Assembly (NCBI GenBank): GCA_043811375.1
Contig: JBDRNJ010000030.1
Location: 1 to 35,531 of the forward strand
Reading direction: 5' to 3'
DNA from: a bacterium
GTDB lineage: Bacteria > Zixibacteria > MSB-5A5 > GN15 > FEB-12
Length of the DNA: 35,531 nt
The first letter of the stretch is position 1, and each line of letters opens with the position of its first letter. The notes under the pieces were generated by a model, which saw nothing but the letters and a program-made list of their open reading frames with translations, ran no database searches and had not been told where the DNA came from. Shown piece after piece: positions 1 through 8,384 of this stretch. The position numbers and the translations under genes are program-made.

Positions 1-72
1 TGGCAAGTCAGAACTCTCCAGCAGGCGCACCGCATTGAGCTTGAAATCTCGGTCAAAATGACGTCGTAACAT
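1..72 (-). CDS. IS3-family transposase OrfA, N-terminal fragment (partial)
   Basis: Manual translation from ATG at 72: MLRRHFDRDFKLNAVRLLESSDLP, matching the 'RR.F..EFK..AV.L' HTH_Tnp_1 start. Runs off the window. Confidence 0.88.
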   Translation of the reverse strand, partial: MLRRHFDRDFKLNAVRLLESSDLP

Positions 73-140
73 TAAAAACACCTCCTCAGGTCAATCTAAC
101 ACGACCTTCGTAAAGTGTCCACTTTATTGGGGCAAGATCA
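1..140 (-). mobile_element. IS3-family insertion sequence, left end (truncated by window edge)
   Basis: Minus strand from 140 reads TGATCTTGCCCCAATAAAGTGGACAC (115-140), closely resembling the IS3 terminal IR pattern TGATCtTaCCC...TGGACAC. It is followed by an AGGAGG SD (81-86) and an orfA-like start. Confidence 0.88.
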
Positions 141-152
141 ACACCGACCTAC
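141..152 (-). repeat. Half of a GTAG-type REP-like hairpin abutting the IS3 end
   Basis: Minus strand GTAGGTCGGTGT directly joined to the IS TG end; the same GTAGGTC start occurs at 13857 and 15916. Confidence 0.5.
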
Positions 153-202
153 AGGAACTGTTTAGATGTGGTGAATGATAGACCGAAACTCGAACTCCGC
201 TG

Positions 203-418
203 TCACTTCTTCCGCGTGAAAATCACTACCGTATCGTCTGTCTCGTCTTCAAAACAGATGGTGCAGCCTTCCGGGTCCAATTCTTTGGCCGGGATTGTTT
301 TGACCTCAAACCCCAGTTCACGGTAATTCTCAATCGCTTCCTGCAGGCGGGAGCCGGAGGCAGTGAATCGCTGGACCCAGCCTTCGGATTTCAGTTTATC
401 AAGAGAGTTTGCTGTCAT
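203..418 (-). CDS. Small hypothetical protein with CxxC motif, last gene of the bzd operon
   Basis: 71 aa ORF whose ATG overlaps the TAA of the upstream gene (TAATG); contains a CTIC motif. Confidence 0.8.
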   Translation of the reverse strand: MTANSLDKLKSEGWVQRFTASGSRLQEAIENYRELGFEVKTIPAKELDPEGCTICFEDETDDTVVIFTRKK

Positions 419-2952
419 TAGAACAAATCATCCAGGTCGTCATCGCCGCCCCCACCGGGGAGTTCGCCGTGCTCCTGAAGATATTGCTGGATCAGTTCGC
501 TTTCGCGTTTGGTAAACATGGGGTCTTCTTCCCAGATAAACCAGCAGGCGTTGCCGGGATTTTCCAGGCATTCCTGCAGGCTTTGGCGCAAATTGGCCGT
601 TCCCGCGATGCGAATAACCTTGTTATCATCATTAAGAAGCTGAAAAACACCCTCTGTTTCCGGGACAGCATTCACGGCCTCGTCATTCAACGGCTGTCGG
701 CGTTCGGGTGGCAAAACCACCGGTGTGATTTCCTGTCTCAGGTAACATTGCAGACAGCGTTGGGCTTCCGACTTAGCCTCTTGTTCCGATAGAGTCCGTT
801 GGATAAGGTCGAATCCTGACTTACGCTGATTGGGATCGGCAAGAGCGCCGCTATGTCTGGGCTGATGAAACATATCGTCTGAGATGTCCGGTTCCGGGAT
901 GTCGTGCGCTGTAGCGCAATCAGAATCAGCCAGCCCGTTCCCGCCGAGATACTTATCGATTACATTCGCCACCTGTCGTCCGTCAGCTATGGCGTCAACA
1001 ACGGACGATGGTCCTCGCGTCACGTCACCGGCGGCAAAAACACCCTCAAGACCAAAGGTAAAATCACCATCAACTTTCAGGGTATTGCCGGGACCTTTCG
1101 ATGCGCCTTCAACATGGCGCAACAGTTTCGAAGCCACTTGCTGCCCGATGGCTACAATGACTGAATCGGCCGGGACCTGCTTTGTCGTGCCTTCATCGTA
1201 CTGCGGGTCGAACCGGCCCCGGGTATCAAATACACTGGTGCACTTCCTGAATTCGACGCCTGTAAGGCGACCCTGTTGTGATGTAAATCGTTTTGGACCC
1301 CAGGAAGGATGAATTGTGACACCCTCCTGTTCCGCCTGACTGATTTCCCAGTCATGGGCAGGCATTTCATTTCGCGATTCCAGGCAAAGCAGGTGGACAG
1401 GATCAGCACCCAGCCGCACTGCCGTCATGGCCGCGTCGATAGCTACATTGCCGCCACCAATCACAACCGCCGGGCCGTTCAGTTCAGGTTTACGGGAAAG
1501 TTTGGCCGACTTCAGGAACTCGAGTCCCAAGTATATCCCTTCCAGGTCCGAATTCTCAATAGACAGAGGTTTACTTTCGGATGCCCCGGTAGCCACCAGG
1601 ATGGCATCAAAACCCCTCGACTTGAGCTCCTCCGGCCACTGCTCGCTATCAAATTGGTGGCCCGTCCGAATGTCGACCCCCAGAGTTTCCAGGACTGCCA
1701 TTTCTCGCTTCAGGACCTCGACGGGAAGCCGGTAATCGGGGATACCATGGCGCAGCATACCACCCGGCCGGTCTTCCTGTTCGAACATACTGACCTGATG
1801 ACCGAGCACACCAAGATAGTACGCGGCGGTGGCACCGGCCGGACCGGAACCGATAATAGCCACCTTCCTGCCGGTATCCGGACGTTTTTGAACCGTCAGG
1901 GGCTCGGCGTCGATGACGCTGTCCGCCACAAATCGTTTCAAATCACATATAGCGACAGCCTGGTCAACTTCTCCGCGCCGACAGACATCCTCGCAGGGAT
2001 GAAAGCAGGTGTATCCCAGAATGCCGGGGAAGGGCACACTGGATCGAATAACGTTCAGTGCTTGCCGGTACTCTCCGGCGGCGATGGCGTGCACATAACG
2101 CGGGATATCTATACCGGCCGGGCAGTTGCCGACACAGGGGAGAGGTGAGTCACGACGGACAGCTGGCGCCCCCTCTTTATCTCGTAAGGCTCCGGTAGGG
2201 CAAACCTCCACGCAGGCGCCGCAGAATCGACACGATGTGTCTTTCAGTGCCGCACCGGACAAGGTCCCCACCCAGGCTCGACCATCTTTCCACACCGCGC
2301 CCAGCACATCGGTGTCATGGAGCTTTCGGCAAATGCGAACACAACGCAGACAACCTATGCAGAGTTCACAATCCCTCTCAATGAGTGGATCATCACCGGA
2401 ATGCGCGCGTTGTGCGGGAACATACTTGGACGTATCACCGGGGATGCCGATATACGCGCTCACTTTCTCCAATTCGCATCGGCCGAGCAGAACACAGCAC
2501 CGTTCCTCCACAGGGACGTTCGACGAGCAATCGGTGCGGCTGCATCCCTCTTTTTGAGCACAGGTGAGGCAGGAATGGGGGTGATCGGCAAGTATGTTAC
2601 TCAACGCCTGTTGGCGTCGCTGTATCACTTCCTCGGTGTCGGTGTGTACGACCAGACCGTCTGTTACAGGTGTGATGCAGGAGTTGACCGGTTCTGGCTG
2701 TCCCGATACCTCGACCAGGCACAGGTTGCAGTGTGCTTCTTCTCCGGCAGGCTCGCCCGGCTTTTCTCCGGTAATCCCGGTCTCTACCTGATAGACGGTG
2801 TCCGCCCAGGTTATCTCACTGACCGGGGGCAGGTCGGGATGATGACACAATCGTGGGATATAAATGCCGGCCGCGTCGGCGGCTGCAAGGATAGTGCTGC
2901 CGGCCGGGCACTCGACCGATTGTCCGTCAATTGTCAGTGTCAGCGTTTCCAT
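418..2952 (-). CDS. bzdV: BzdV-like NADPH-dependent Fe-S flavoprotein (2Fe-2S + 4Fe-4S + GltD/DPD-like module + C-terminal GIY-YIG-like domain)
   Basis: NuoG-like N-terminus (YIPRLC...CNLCLVEV...SC), HxxxCxxC, CxxCxxCxxxC twice, GltD-type PCxxxCP/CxxPCExxC, FAD site GSGPAG, NAD(P) site GGGNVAID; lies downstream of bzdNOPQM. Confidence 0.82.
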   Translation of the reverse strand: METLTLTIDGQSVECPAGSTILAAADAAGIYIPRLCHHPDLPPVSEITWADTVYQVETGITGEKPGEPAGEEAHCNLCLVEVSGQPEPVNSCITPVTDGLVVHTDTEEVIQRRQQALSNILADHPHSCLTCAQKEGCSRTDCSSNVPVEERCCVLLGRCELEKVSAYIGIPGDTSKYVPAQRAHSGDDPLIERDCELCIGCLRCVRICRKLHDTDVLGAVWKDGRAWVGTLSGAALKDTSCRFCGACVEVCPTGALRDKEGAPAVRRDSPLPCVGNCPAGIDIPRYVHAIAAGEYRQALNVIRSSVPFPGILGYTCFHPCEDVCRRGEVDQAVAICDLKRFVADSVIDAEPLTVQKRPDTGRKVAIIGSGPAGATAAYYLGVLGHQVSMFEQEDRPGGMLRHGIPDYRLPVEVLKREMAVLETLGVDIRTGHQFDSEQWPEELKSRGFDAILVATGASESKPLSIENSDLEGIYLGLEFLKSAKLSRKPELNGPAVVIGGGNVAIDAAMTAVRLGADPVHLLCLESRNEMPAHDWEISQAEQEGVTIHPSWGPKRFTSQQGRLTGVEFRKCTSVFDTRGRFDPQYDEGTTKQVPADSVIVAIGQQVASKLLRHVEGASKGPGNTLKVDGDFTFGLEGVFAAGDVTRGPSSVVDAIADGRQVANVIDKYLGGNGLADSDCATAHDIPEPDISDDMFHQPRHSGALADPNQRKSGFDLIQRTLSEQEAKSEAQRCLQCYLRQEITPVVLPPERRQPLNDEAVNAVPETEGVFQLLNDDNKVIRIAGTANLRQSLQECLENPGNACWFIWEEDPMFTKRESELIQQYLQEHGELPGGGGDDDLDDLF

Positions 2953-3025
2953 GAGCCTCTACGATGCCGAGCGTGCTTGCTCTCTCAGGTTATCTCCCTC
3001 GCTGGCAGGGCCGGTGTGCCGGCGG

Positions 3026-3307
3026 CTACCAGGAATGCGTAACCGCACCGGGAGTACAGCCAACCACACACGGCAAAGTGGGCCGGTCGGTGGTCGGCTT
3101 ACACGGGGCGCAGTCATACTTGAGTTTCTTGCGATGGTCCTCTTTGATGGCAGCCACTTCATCGTCATAGTCATCAATGATAATCTCAAACATGCCCAGC
3201 GGACAGGCGTTGACACAACCGTGATCGGCGCATTTGGTACAGAGGTCGGTGTCAATAGTTATGTAAAACTCTCCGCTGCCGTCCATATATCCGTAATTGG
3301 CCTTCAT
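3026..3307 (-). CDS. bzdM: BzdM-type 2[4Fe-4S] ferredoxin
   Basis: M.ANYGY.DGSGE.YITID..C N-terminus and CAPCKP...CV..C.P.A..HSW C-terminus typical of bzd ferredoxins; overlaps the bzdQ stop (ATGA). Confidence 0.88.
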   Translation of the reverse strand: MKANYGYMDGSGEFYITIDTDLCTKCADHGCVNACPLGMFEIIIDDYDDEVAAIKEDHRKKLKYDCAPCKPTTDRPTLPCVVGCTPGAVTHSW

Positions 3308-4191
3308 GGAGCGACCTTCTTTCGCTTCTTTTCTACCAGCGCTTTGGCAAACAGCGCCGCGCCGAGTGCTCCGGCGATCTGGGTATCGTATTTGGACTTG
3401 AGCGATGTAAGATGCAGTTCCTTTTCCAGTCGGACCACAACACCGCTGTTCTTGGCGATACCGCCGGTGATGGCGAAATCTTTTTCAACTCCGATTCGTT
3501 CCAGGAGAGAGACGACGCGGTGAGCCATAGCGGAGCAGTATGCGGCAAGTACCCGTTTTTTCGACCAACCTTCCCGCAGCAAAGATGATGCTTCTGATTT
3601 GGCAAACACTACACAGGTAGAGGAAACCGGCGGCGGTTCCTCATCAACATCCAGTGACAAGTCACCCACCTCCTCAATAGACACGGCCAGCAGGTCGGCG
3701 AAGACTTCCATCCCTCGACCGGTCCCGGCGGCACACTTGTCGTTCATCAGGAAGTTGGTCACTTTACCTTTTTCATCGCAATGGATCGCCTTGCAGTCCT
3801 GTCCGCCCATGTCCAGAATGGTTCGGACAGTCGGGCCGTACATGAGATTGCCGCCTCGGGCGTGGCAGGCGATTTCGGTGATGGCGCGATCGGCGAACGG
3901 GACATTAACTCGGCCATAGCCGGTTCCCACCGTGTAATGCAGATCATCCAGTGTCAGGTTAGTGTCTTTCAGAGCCCAGTTCATGGCATTTCGCGCGCTG
4001 TCAGGGCTGTCGGAACCGGTGCGCATACTGGCAAAGGCATAGAGCTTGCCATCTGTCAGGACGACCGCCTGTGAACTGACGGAGCCGACATCCACTCCGG
4101 CAGATATTGTCTCGGTGTTTTTGGGATCAACAGTCTTGTCATGCCAGTTGTATTCTTTCCAGCGCCAGAATTCTTTGGTATTTTCAGACAT
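3304..4191 (-). CDS. bzdQ: Benzoyl-CoA reductase, bzd-type, subunit Q (ASKHA ATPase)
   Basis: EFWRW N-terminal extension, GVDVGSVSSQA, GTGYGR, EIACHARG, DMGGQD, MNDKCAAGTGR, STCVVFA. Confidence 0.92.
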   Translation of the reverse strand: MSENTKEFWRWKEYNWHDKTVDPKNTETISAGVDVGSVSSQAVVLTDGKLYAFASMRTGSDSPDSARNAMNWALKDTNLTLDDLHYTVGTGYGRVNVPFADRAITEIACHARGGNLMYGPTVRTILDMGGQDCKAIHCDEKGKVTNFLMNDKCAAGTGRGMEVFADLLAVSIEEVGDLSLDVDEEPPPVSSTCVVFAKSEASSLLREGWSKKRVLAAYCSAMAHRVVSLLERIGVEKDFAITGGIAKNSGVVVRLEKELHLTSLKSKYDTQIAGALGAALFAKALVEKKRKKVAP

Positions 4192-4967
4192 TATTGATTC
4201 CTTTCACCAGCAACGATTGCGGCTCCCATTGCTCCAATGTATTCCGGGTTGTCGGGAACACTCACCTCGGTTTCGAGTCCGCGCGTCAGGGCATCCACAA
4301 AGCCGGGGTTGTAGGCCAGCCCGCCGATCAGTACCACGTCCTCATTAATTCCCACCCGTCGAACCATCGAGACAATGCGGCTGGCAATGGCGTCGTGGAC
4401 CGCCCGGGAAATATCCTGTTTGGGAGTCTTGGCATGCACCAGTGAAACGACCTCGCTTTCAGCAAAGACGGCGCACTGAGCATTCATCGGGATACTCTTG
4501 TCCGACTTCAACGACAGTTGACCGAACTCCTCAAGAGATACTTCCAGAGCGCGGGACATAGCCTCAGCGAAAGCGCCCGCTCCGGCGGCACACTTTTCGT
4601 TGACGGCGAAATCAATCACTTTGCCGTTGGCTTCTATCTTGATACCCCGACCTTCCTCAGCACCGACATCTATCACCGTGCGTGCCTGAGGTATCAAGTG
4701 GACAACACCTTTGGCGGCAGCGCCGACATCGGTTATGTCGGAGTTGGCATTTGGGGCCGCTTTCCTTCCGGCGCCGGTCGATGTAATATGCTCAATCGAC
4801 GATATGTCGATACCGGATTCTTTGGCGGCCATTTCCAGACATTTTGAAGCTGAGACGGCAGGTGCAAAGCCGGTAGTTTCGATAGCCTTGCCCTGGATTG
4901 TCCCATCTTTCAGAATGACCACCTTTACAAACTTGGAGCCCATGTCTATTCCAGCAGTAACCATCAT
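4191..4967 (-). CDS. bzdP: Benzoyl-CoA reductase, bzd-type, subunit P (ASKHA ATPase)
   Basis: GIDMGS, TGAGR, IDVGAEEGR, NEKCAAGAG, NAQCAVFAESE; lies between bzdO and bzdQ. Confidence 0.88.
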   Translation of the reverse strand: MMVTAGIDMGSKFVKVVILKDGTIQGKAIETTGFAPAVSASKCLEMAAKESGIDISSIEHITSTGAGRKAAPNANSDITDVGAAAKGVVHLIPQARTVIDVGAEEGRGIKIEANGKVIDFAVNEKCAAGAGAFAEAMSRALEVSLEEFGQLSLKSDKSIPMNAQCAVFAESEVVSLVHAKTPKQDISRAVHDAIASRIVSMVRRVGINEDVVLIGGLAYNPGFVDALTRGLETEVSVPDNPEYIGAMGAAIVAGERNQ

Positions 4968-4998
4968 TCCTCCTGTAATCAGAACGTGCTCTAATCAC

Positions 4999-5024
4999 GT
5001 AGCGACGGGGCTTGTCTCCGCCGC
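4999..5024 (+). repeat. GTAG-type REP-like hairpin in the bzdO-bzdP spacer
   Basis: GTAGCGACGGGG-CTTGT-CTCCGCCGC: GTAG foot plus an imperfect GC-rich stem. Confidence 0.55.
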
Positions 5025-5057
5025 CGTCTATCCTGTTTGATTTCGCAGGCCAACCAC

Positions 5058-6383
5058 TTACTTCGATGATGCCGTACTGGCCGATTTGTCCAGCATCTTC
5101 ATATCCAGCGTTTCCATAAACGAATCGATTCTGGTCATCACTCGTTTTTCGTCGAATTCCCGCTCGTCGCCCATGTTGCCCTCAAAAGTCATTACCGGAA
5201 TTCCGGTTTTGGCAATTCCCAGTCGGTTTTCCATGATGCCGCAGGAAAGCCCCTCGCAGCCGCGATTCAGATGCAGCATTACTCCGTCCAGTTGCCACTG
5301 TTTGACGATTTGAAGCATCATCTCGGTTTTGAGATTGGGATCGTAGAAGTGCTGCCATTCGGGTTTGGAGAGGTTCCAGTCGGCCAGAATCCTCAGGGCG
5401 TCATCACGGCTGGAAATGGTTTCACCCTTTTGCATAGGTGTCGTCCTCGGTCCCCAGCTTCCATCAGCTTTAGTTTCCCAAATGCCGATCAAACCGAAAG
5501 TGTAAAGCGACCCGACCGAGATGGCGCCGAATTTCTCAAGATAACGGAATACCTTCAGGAATCCCCACGGCGGCTGGGTATCCGACATGAGTCGACATTT
5601 CTCGTTCGGTAAGGCTGCAATCTGATTGTCTATCCGGTATTTGACTTCGTCGCGGAGTTCTTCATAGAAATCCGCGATTTCACCGGAGTGTTTGGCCAGG
5701 GTGCCATGGACGTAGAGTGAGTACATTGTCTTTTCGTCTAAGGGCGCCGGTTTACCCATGTTCAGGCAGCAGATTTCAGCCCAGGTGGATGTGGATCGCA
5801 ATTCATTCTGCACTGCCTCGATCAGAAGTTCGTCCTGGTACTTGCGCCCGGTGATCTTCTCAAGCCACTCAATAGACTCATGCATCTGGTTGACGACGAA
5901 CATCAACCGGTTTTCGTCCAGGTCCTTGTAAGGACCAACTGACACGTCGATACAGAAATAGGGGACTTTCTTGTACTCGGCTACATGCTGATACCACTTG
6001 CCGTGGCTGCAGCAAATGTGGTCCTGGAAACAGAAATCAGGCTCCGGGTACTCACCTCCAAAAGCATACTTACCCAGGTACATCGAGCCCCAGTAGTTGC
6101 GCATGTAGCTGCACAGATCGCGCGCCCACCCTTTGGCCTCGGCTGCTTCCAGGCATTCCATGGACAGCTTCTTGTCAAAGGCGAGCGATGCTCCATATGG
6201 TTCGCCGGTGATATTGTAGACATCGCGACCCAGCCCGGCCGGTATGGCATCAAACGCCCAGGCGCCACCCGTCCAACGGATACCGCCTTTACTGTGCGCC
6301 TCCTGGTAGTCTTTGTAGTACTTGAGCCGCAACTCTTTGGCCTTTTGCCAGCATTTCAAAGGTTCGGTTTTATACTCAGCCAT
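5058..6383 (-). CDS. bzdO: Benzoyl-CoA reductase, bzd-type, subunit O
   Basis: Y.TEPLK.W.KAKELR N-terminus, [48 protein letters not shown] (2-hydroxyacyl-CoA dehydratase-like fold). Confidence 0.93.
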   Translation of the reverse strand: MAEYKTEPLKCWQKAKELRLKYYKDYQEAHSKGGIRWTGGAWAFDAIPAGLGRDVYNITGEPYGASLAFDKKLSMECLEAAEAKGWARDLCSYMRNYWGSMYLGKYAFGGEYPEPDFCFQDHICCSHGKWYQHVAEYKKVPYFCIDVSVGPYKDLDENRLMFVVNQMHESIEWLEKITGRKYQDELLIEAVQNELRSTSTWAEICCLNMGKPAPLDEKTMYSLYVHGTLAKHSGEIADFYEELRDEVKYRIDNQIAALPNEKCRLMSDTQPPWGFLKVFRYLEKFGAISVGSLYTFGLIGIWETKADGSWGPRTTPMQKGETISSRDDALRILADWNLSKPEWQHFYDPNLKTEMMLQIVKQWQLDGVMLHLNRGCEGLSCGIMENRLGIAKTGIPVMTFEGNMGDEREFDEKRVMTRIDSFMETLDMKMLDKSASTASSK

Positions 6384-6407
6384 ATATACTCCTCGTCGTT
6401 AACAGGC

Positions 6408-7532
6408 TTAAAACAGTTCCTCAACACCCAGCATCTCCAGGAACGCCTCCACTCTGATCCTCATTTGACCCAGAGGCACGGTCACATCGAATTCAAGAAA
6501 CAAGGTCGGACAGTCATGACCGTTGAGGTACTCTTTCAACGGGACCATATCGCATTCATGGGGATCACAGAACTTCTGTTGAATCAGGATAGCGCCCTCG
6601 ACATTGAACCGCTTGACCAGGTCCAGAACATGGGGGAACCGGCGCCGTTCTTCCCAGTCCTTGGTAGGGCAGGGCGGCCGATCAAGGTATCGGTCGGAGA
6701 TATCCCGCAGCAAGTTGCCGGTTGATTGTGTCAGATTCCAGAAATAACGGGAGCCGGTACAGTGGTCATCCACCACCACCGTGGCTCCGACCGATTCCAC
6801 CATCCTGATGAATTCGGTGTCGTCATTCTCCGACCCGATGATCATCAAACGCCCCCCGGTCTCGCGATCGAGTCGCCGTGATTTGAGCTGAGGCAGGATA
6901 CGCCGTAACTCGGCATTATGGTCTTTCTTGTCAACGAAAAACGATGATGCCACCATGACCATTGCCTCCAGGCCGGTAACCGGCGGATCGGCTGCCCGGC
7001 GCAGGTCGTACACCTCGTGTAGCAGGCGGCGGCTTTCGTTACAGAGATCGACAGCTTCCCGGAGCTTCTCGTCGGTAATGGTTCGTCCGGTCCACTGTTC
7101 CAGTGATTTCTTGAATTTGGCCAGCTCTCCGGGGTAATAGGAACGCGCATGTTCCGTCTGTACCTTGTTGGGCATGTAGAGATAAAAAGCATAATCGACC
7201 GGGATGTGATTTTTCCAGGAAGTAAAGGCCTGTCTCAGGTGCAAGCATGATTGAGTAAGCAGGATGCCCTTCATATAGTCGTAGCGACCTTTTAACCCCT
7301 GCGCCAGAACATCACGGCAGAACGGGCAAAACATACTGAATATATGCGGTTCGGTGACGTCCTGCGGCTCATGGGAACCGAGCACCCTGACCGGCAACAG
7401 CCCGGCGGCATAGATCAATTCCTCCGGAGCATAACTGCAGAAACAGCCCACGATCTCTCCGTCGTTTTTTGCCAGCCAGTCTCTGGCGTAATCATGACGT
7501 TTCTCGTACCATTCAAAGAATTGTGTGAACAT
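6408..7532 (-). CDS. bzdN: Benzoyl-CoA reductase, bzd-type, subunit N
   Basis: WYE.RH.YAR.W, PEELIYAAG.LPVRVLGSHEPQDVTEPHIF.M.CPFCRD, DDHCTGSRYFW, QKFCDPH. Confidence 0.93.
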   Translation of the reverse strand: MFTQFFEWYEKRHDYARDWLAKNDGEIVGCFCSYAPEELIYAAGLLPVRVLGSHEPQDVTEPHIFSMFCPFCRDVLAQGLKGRYDYMKGILLTQSCLHLRQAFTSWKNHIPVDYAFYLYMPNKVQTEHARSYYPGELAKFKKSLEQWTGRTITDEKLREAVDLCNESRRLLHEVYDLRRAADPPVTGLEAMVMVASSFFVDKKDHNAELRRILPQLKSRRLDRETGGRLMIIGSENDDTEFIRMVESVGATVVVDDHCTGSRYFWNLTQSTGNLLRDISDRYLDRPPCPTKDWEERRRFPHVLDLVKRFNVEGAILIQQKFCDPHECDMVPLKEYLNGHDCPTLFLEFDVTVPLGQMRIRVEAFLEMLGVEELF

Positions 7533-7548
7533 AGGCCTCCTGTATCGC

Positions 7549-8142
7549 TTAGGACTTGTCTATTCCATTGAGAAAGATTCTATTAAACTGTGAGGTTATT
7601 TTATCGATATCAGGATTCTTCTGGGGATCATACCACATGTATGCCCAATTCAGGGAACCGAACAGACAGAGAGTGGCCAGGTCGATATTATACGGCGATC
7701 CGTGAGAAATCTCGGCTACAACCGTCCGGACCAGCCGAAAGTACTCCTGTCTTATCTTGAGAATGTTCCTGTAATATTTCCCCGATAACGATTCTATTTC
7801 ATGAACGCAGACCTTCAGGTCATCCACGTTATCAACAAAGAACCGGAAGTGATTATCAATAACTGTTTTCAGCCTGTCTTCCGGCGAGGCGGCCGCCTCC
7901 AGTCTGTCTTTAAGCGAGCTGAACAGGATCGAAAAGGTTCGGTGCTGTATGGCATACAGCAATTCATCTTTGCTCTTGAAATAATAATATATGCCGGACA
8001 GTCCGATTCTGCTTTTGGCCGCAACTTCGCGGACGGAAGCTCCCTCAAAGCCGTCCCGGGCAATGACTATTGAGGCTGCTTTAAGTATCGACGACAACCG
8101 CTTTTCGTATTTGTCGTTTCGCCGCGATACGACCCGTTTCAA
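7549..8142 (-). CDS. TetR/AcrR-family transcriptional regulator (KstR2/FadR-like C-terminus); start uncertain
   Basis: HTH 'IL.AA..VIA..GFEGASVREVA....I....IYYYFKSKDELL' and C-terminal 'G.LNW.Y.WY.P'; first gene of the bzd operon. Confidence 0.92.
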   Translation of the reverse strand: MKRVVSRRNDKYEKRLSSILKAASIVIARDGFEGASVREVAAKSRIGLSGIYYYFKSKDELLYAIQHRTFSILFSSLKDRLEAAASPEDRLKTVIDNHFRFFVDNVDDLKVCVHEIESLSGKYYRNILKIRQEYFRLVRTVVAEISHGSPYNIDLATLCLFGSLNWAYMWYDPQKNPDIDKITSQFNRIFLNGIDKS

Positions 8143-8184
8143 CTCTGTTTTTGCAGGACCGATAATCTTCTCCTGACTATGAAA

Positions 8185-8233
8185 AGAATCGAACGTTCGT
8201 TCTAATAATATCGCCTGCCGATTGGTCTGTCAA
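8185..8233 (-). promoter_or_regulatory. Sigma70 promoter of tetR-bzd operon with overlapping palindromic operator
   Basis: Minus strand TTGACA (8233-8228), N17, TATTAT (8210-8205). A perfect palindrome CGAACGTTCG (8190-8199) within AGAATCGAACGTTCGTTCT covers the predicted +1. Confidence 0.78.
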
Positions 8234-8384
8234 GCGAAAAAATGCAGCTTACCAACTCGCAGTTGAAATCTATTTTCATTAGAGAGGTCAGGAGAAGCAA
8301 CATGCAGTGTACCGCGTGTGATGGGTTGGCTAATTGGTTTGGAGTGTACTTCAATGAGTAAATCGAAGATTGCTCTGCTATGCC

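Noticed and set aside
409..7571. Many plus-strand ORFs over the bzd operon (e.g. 1309-2148, 2317-3042, 5985-6725)
   Set aside because: Antisense or off-frame shadows of well-supported, tightly coupled minus-strand genes.
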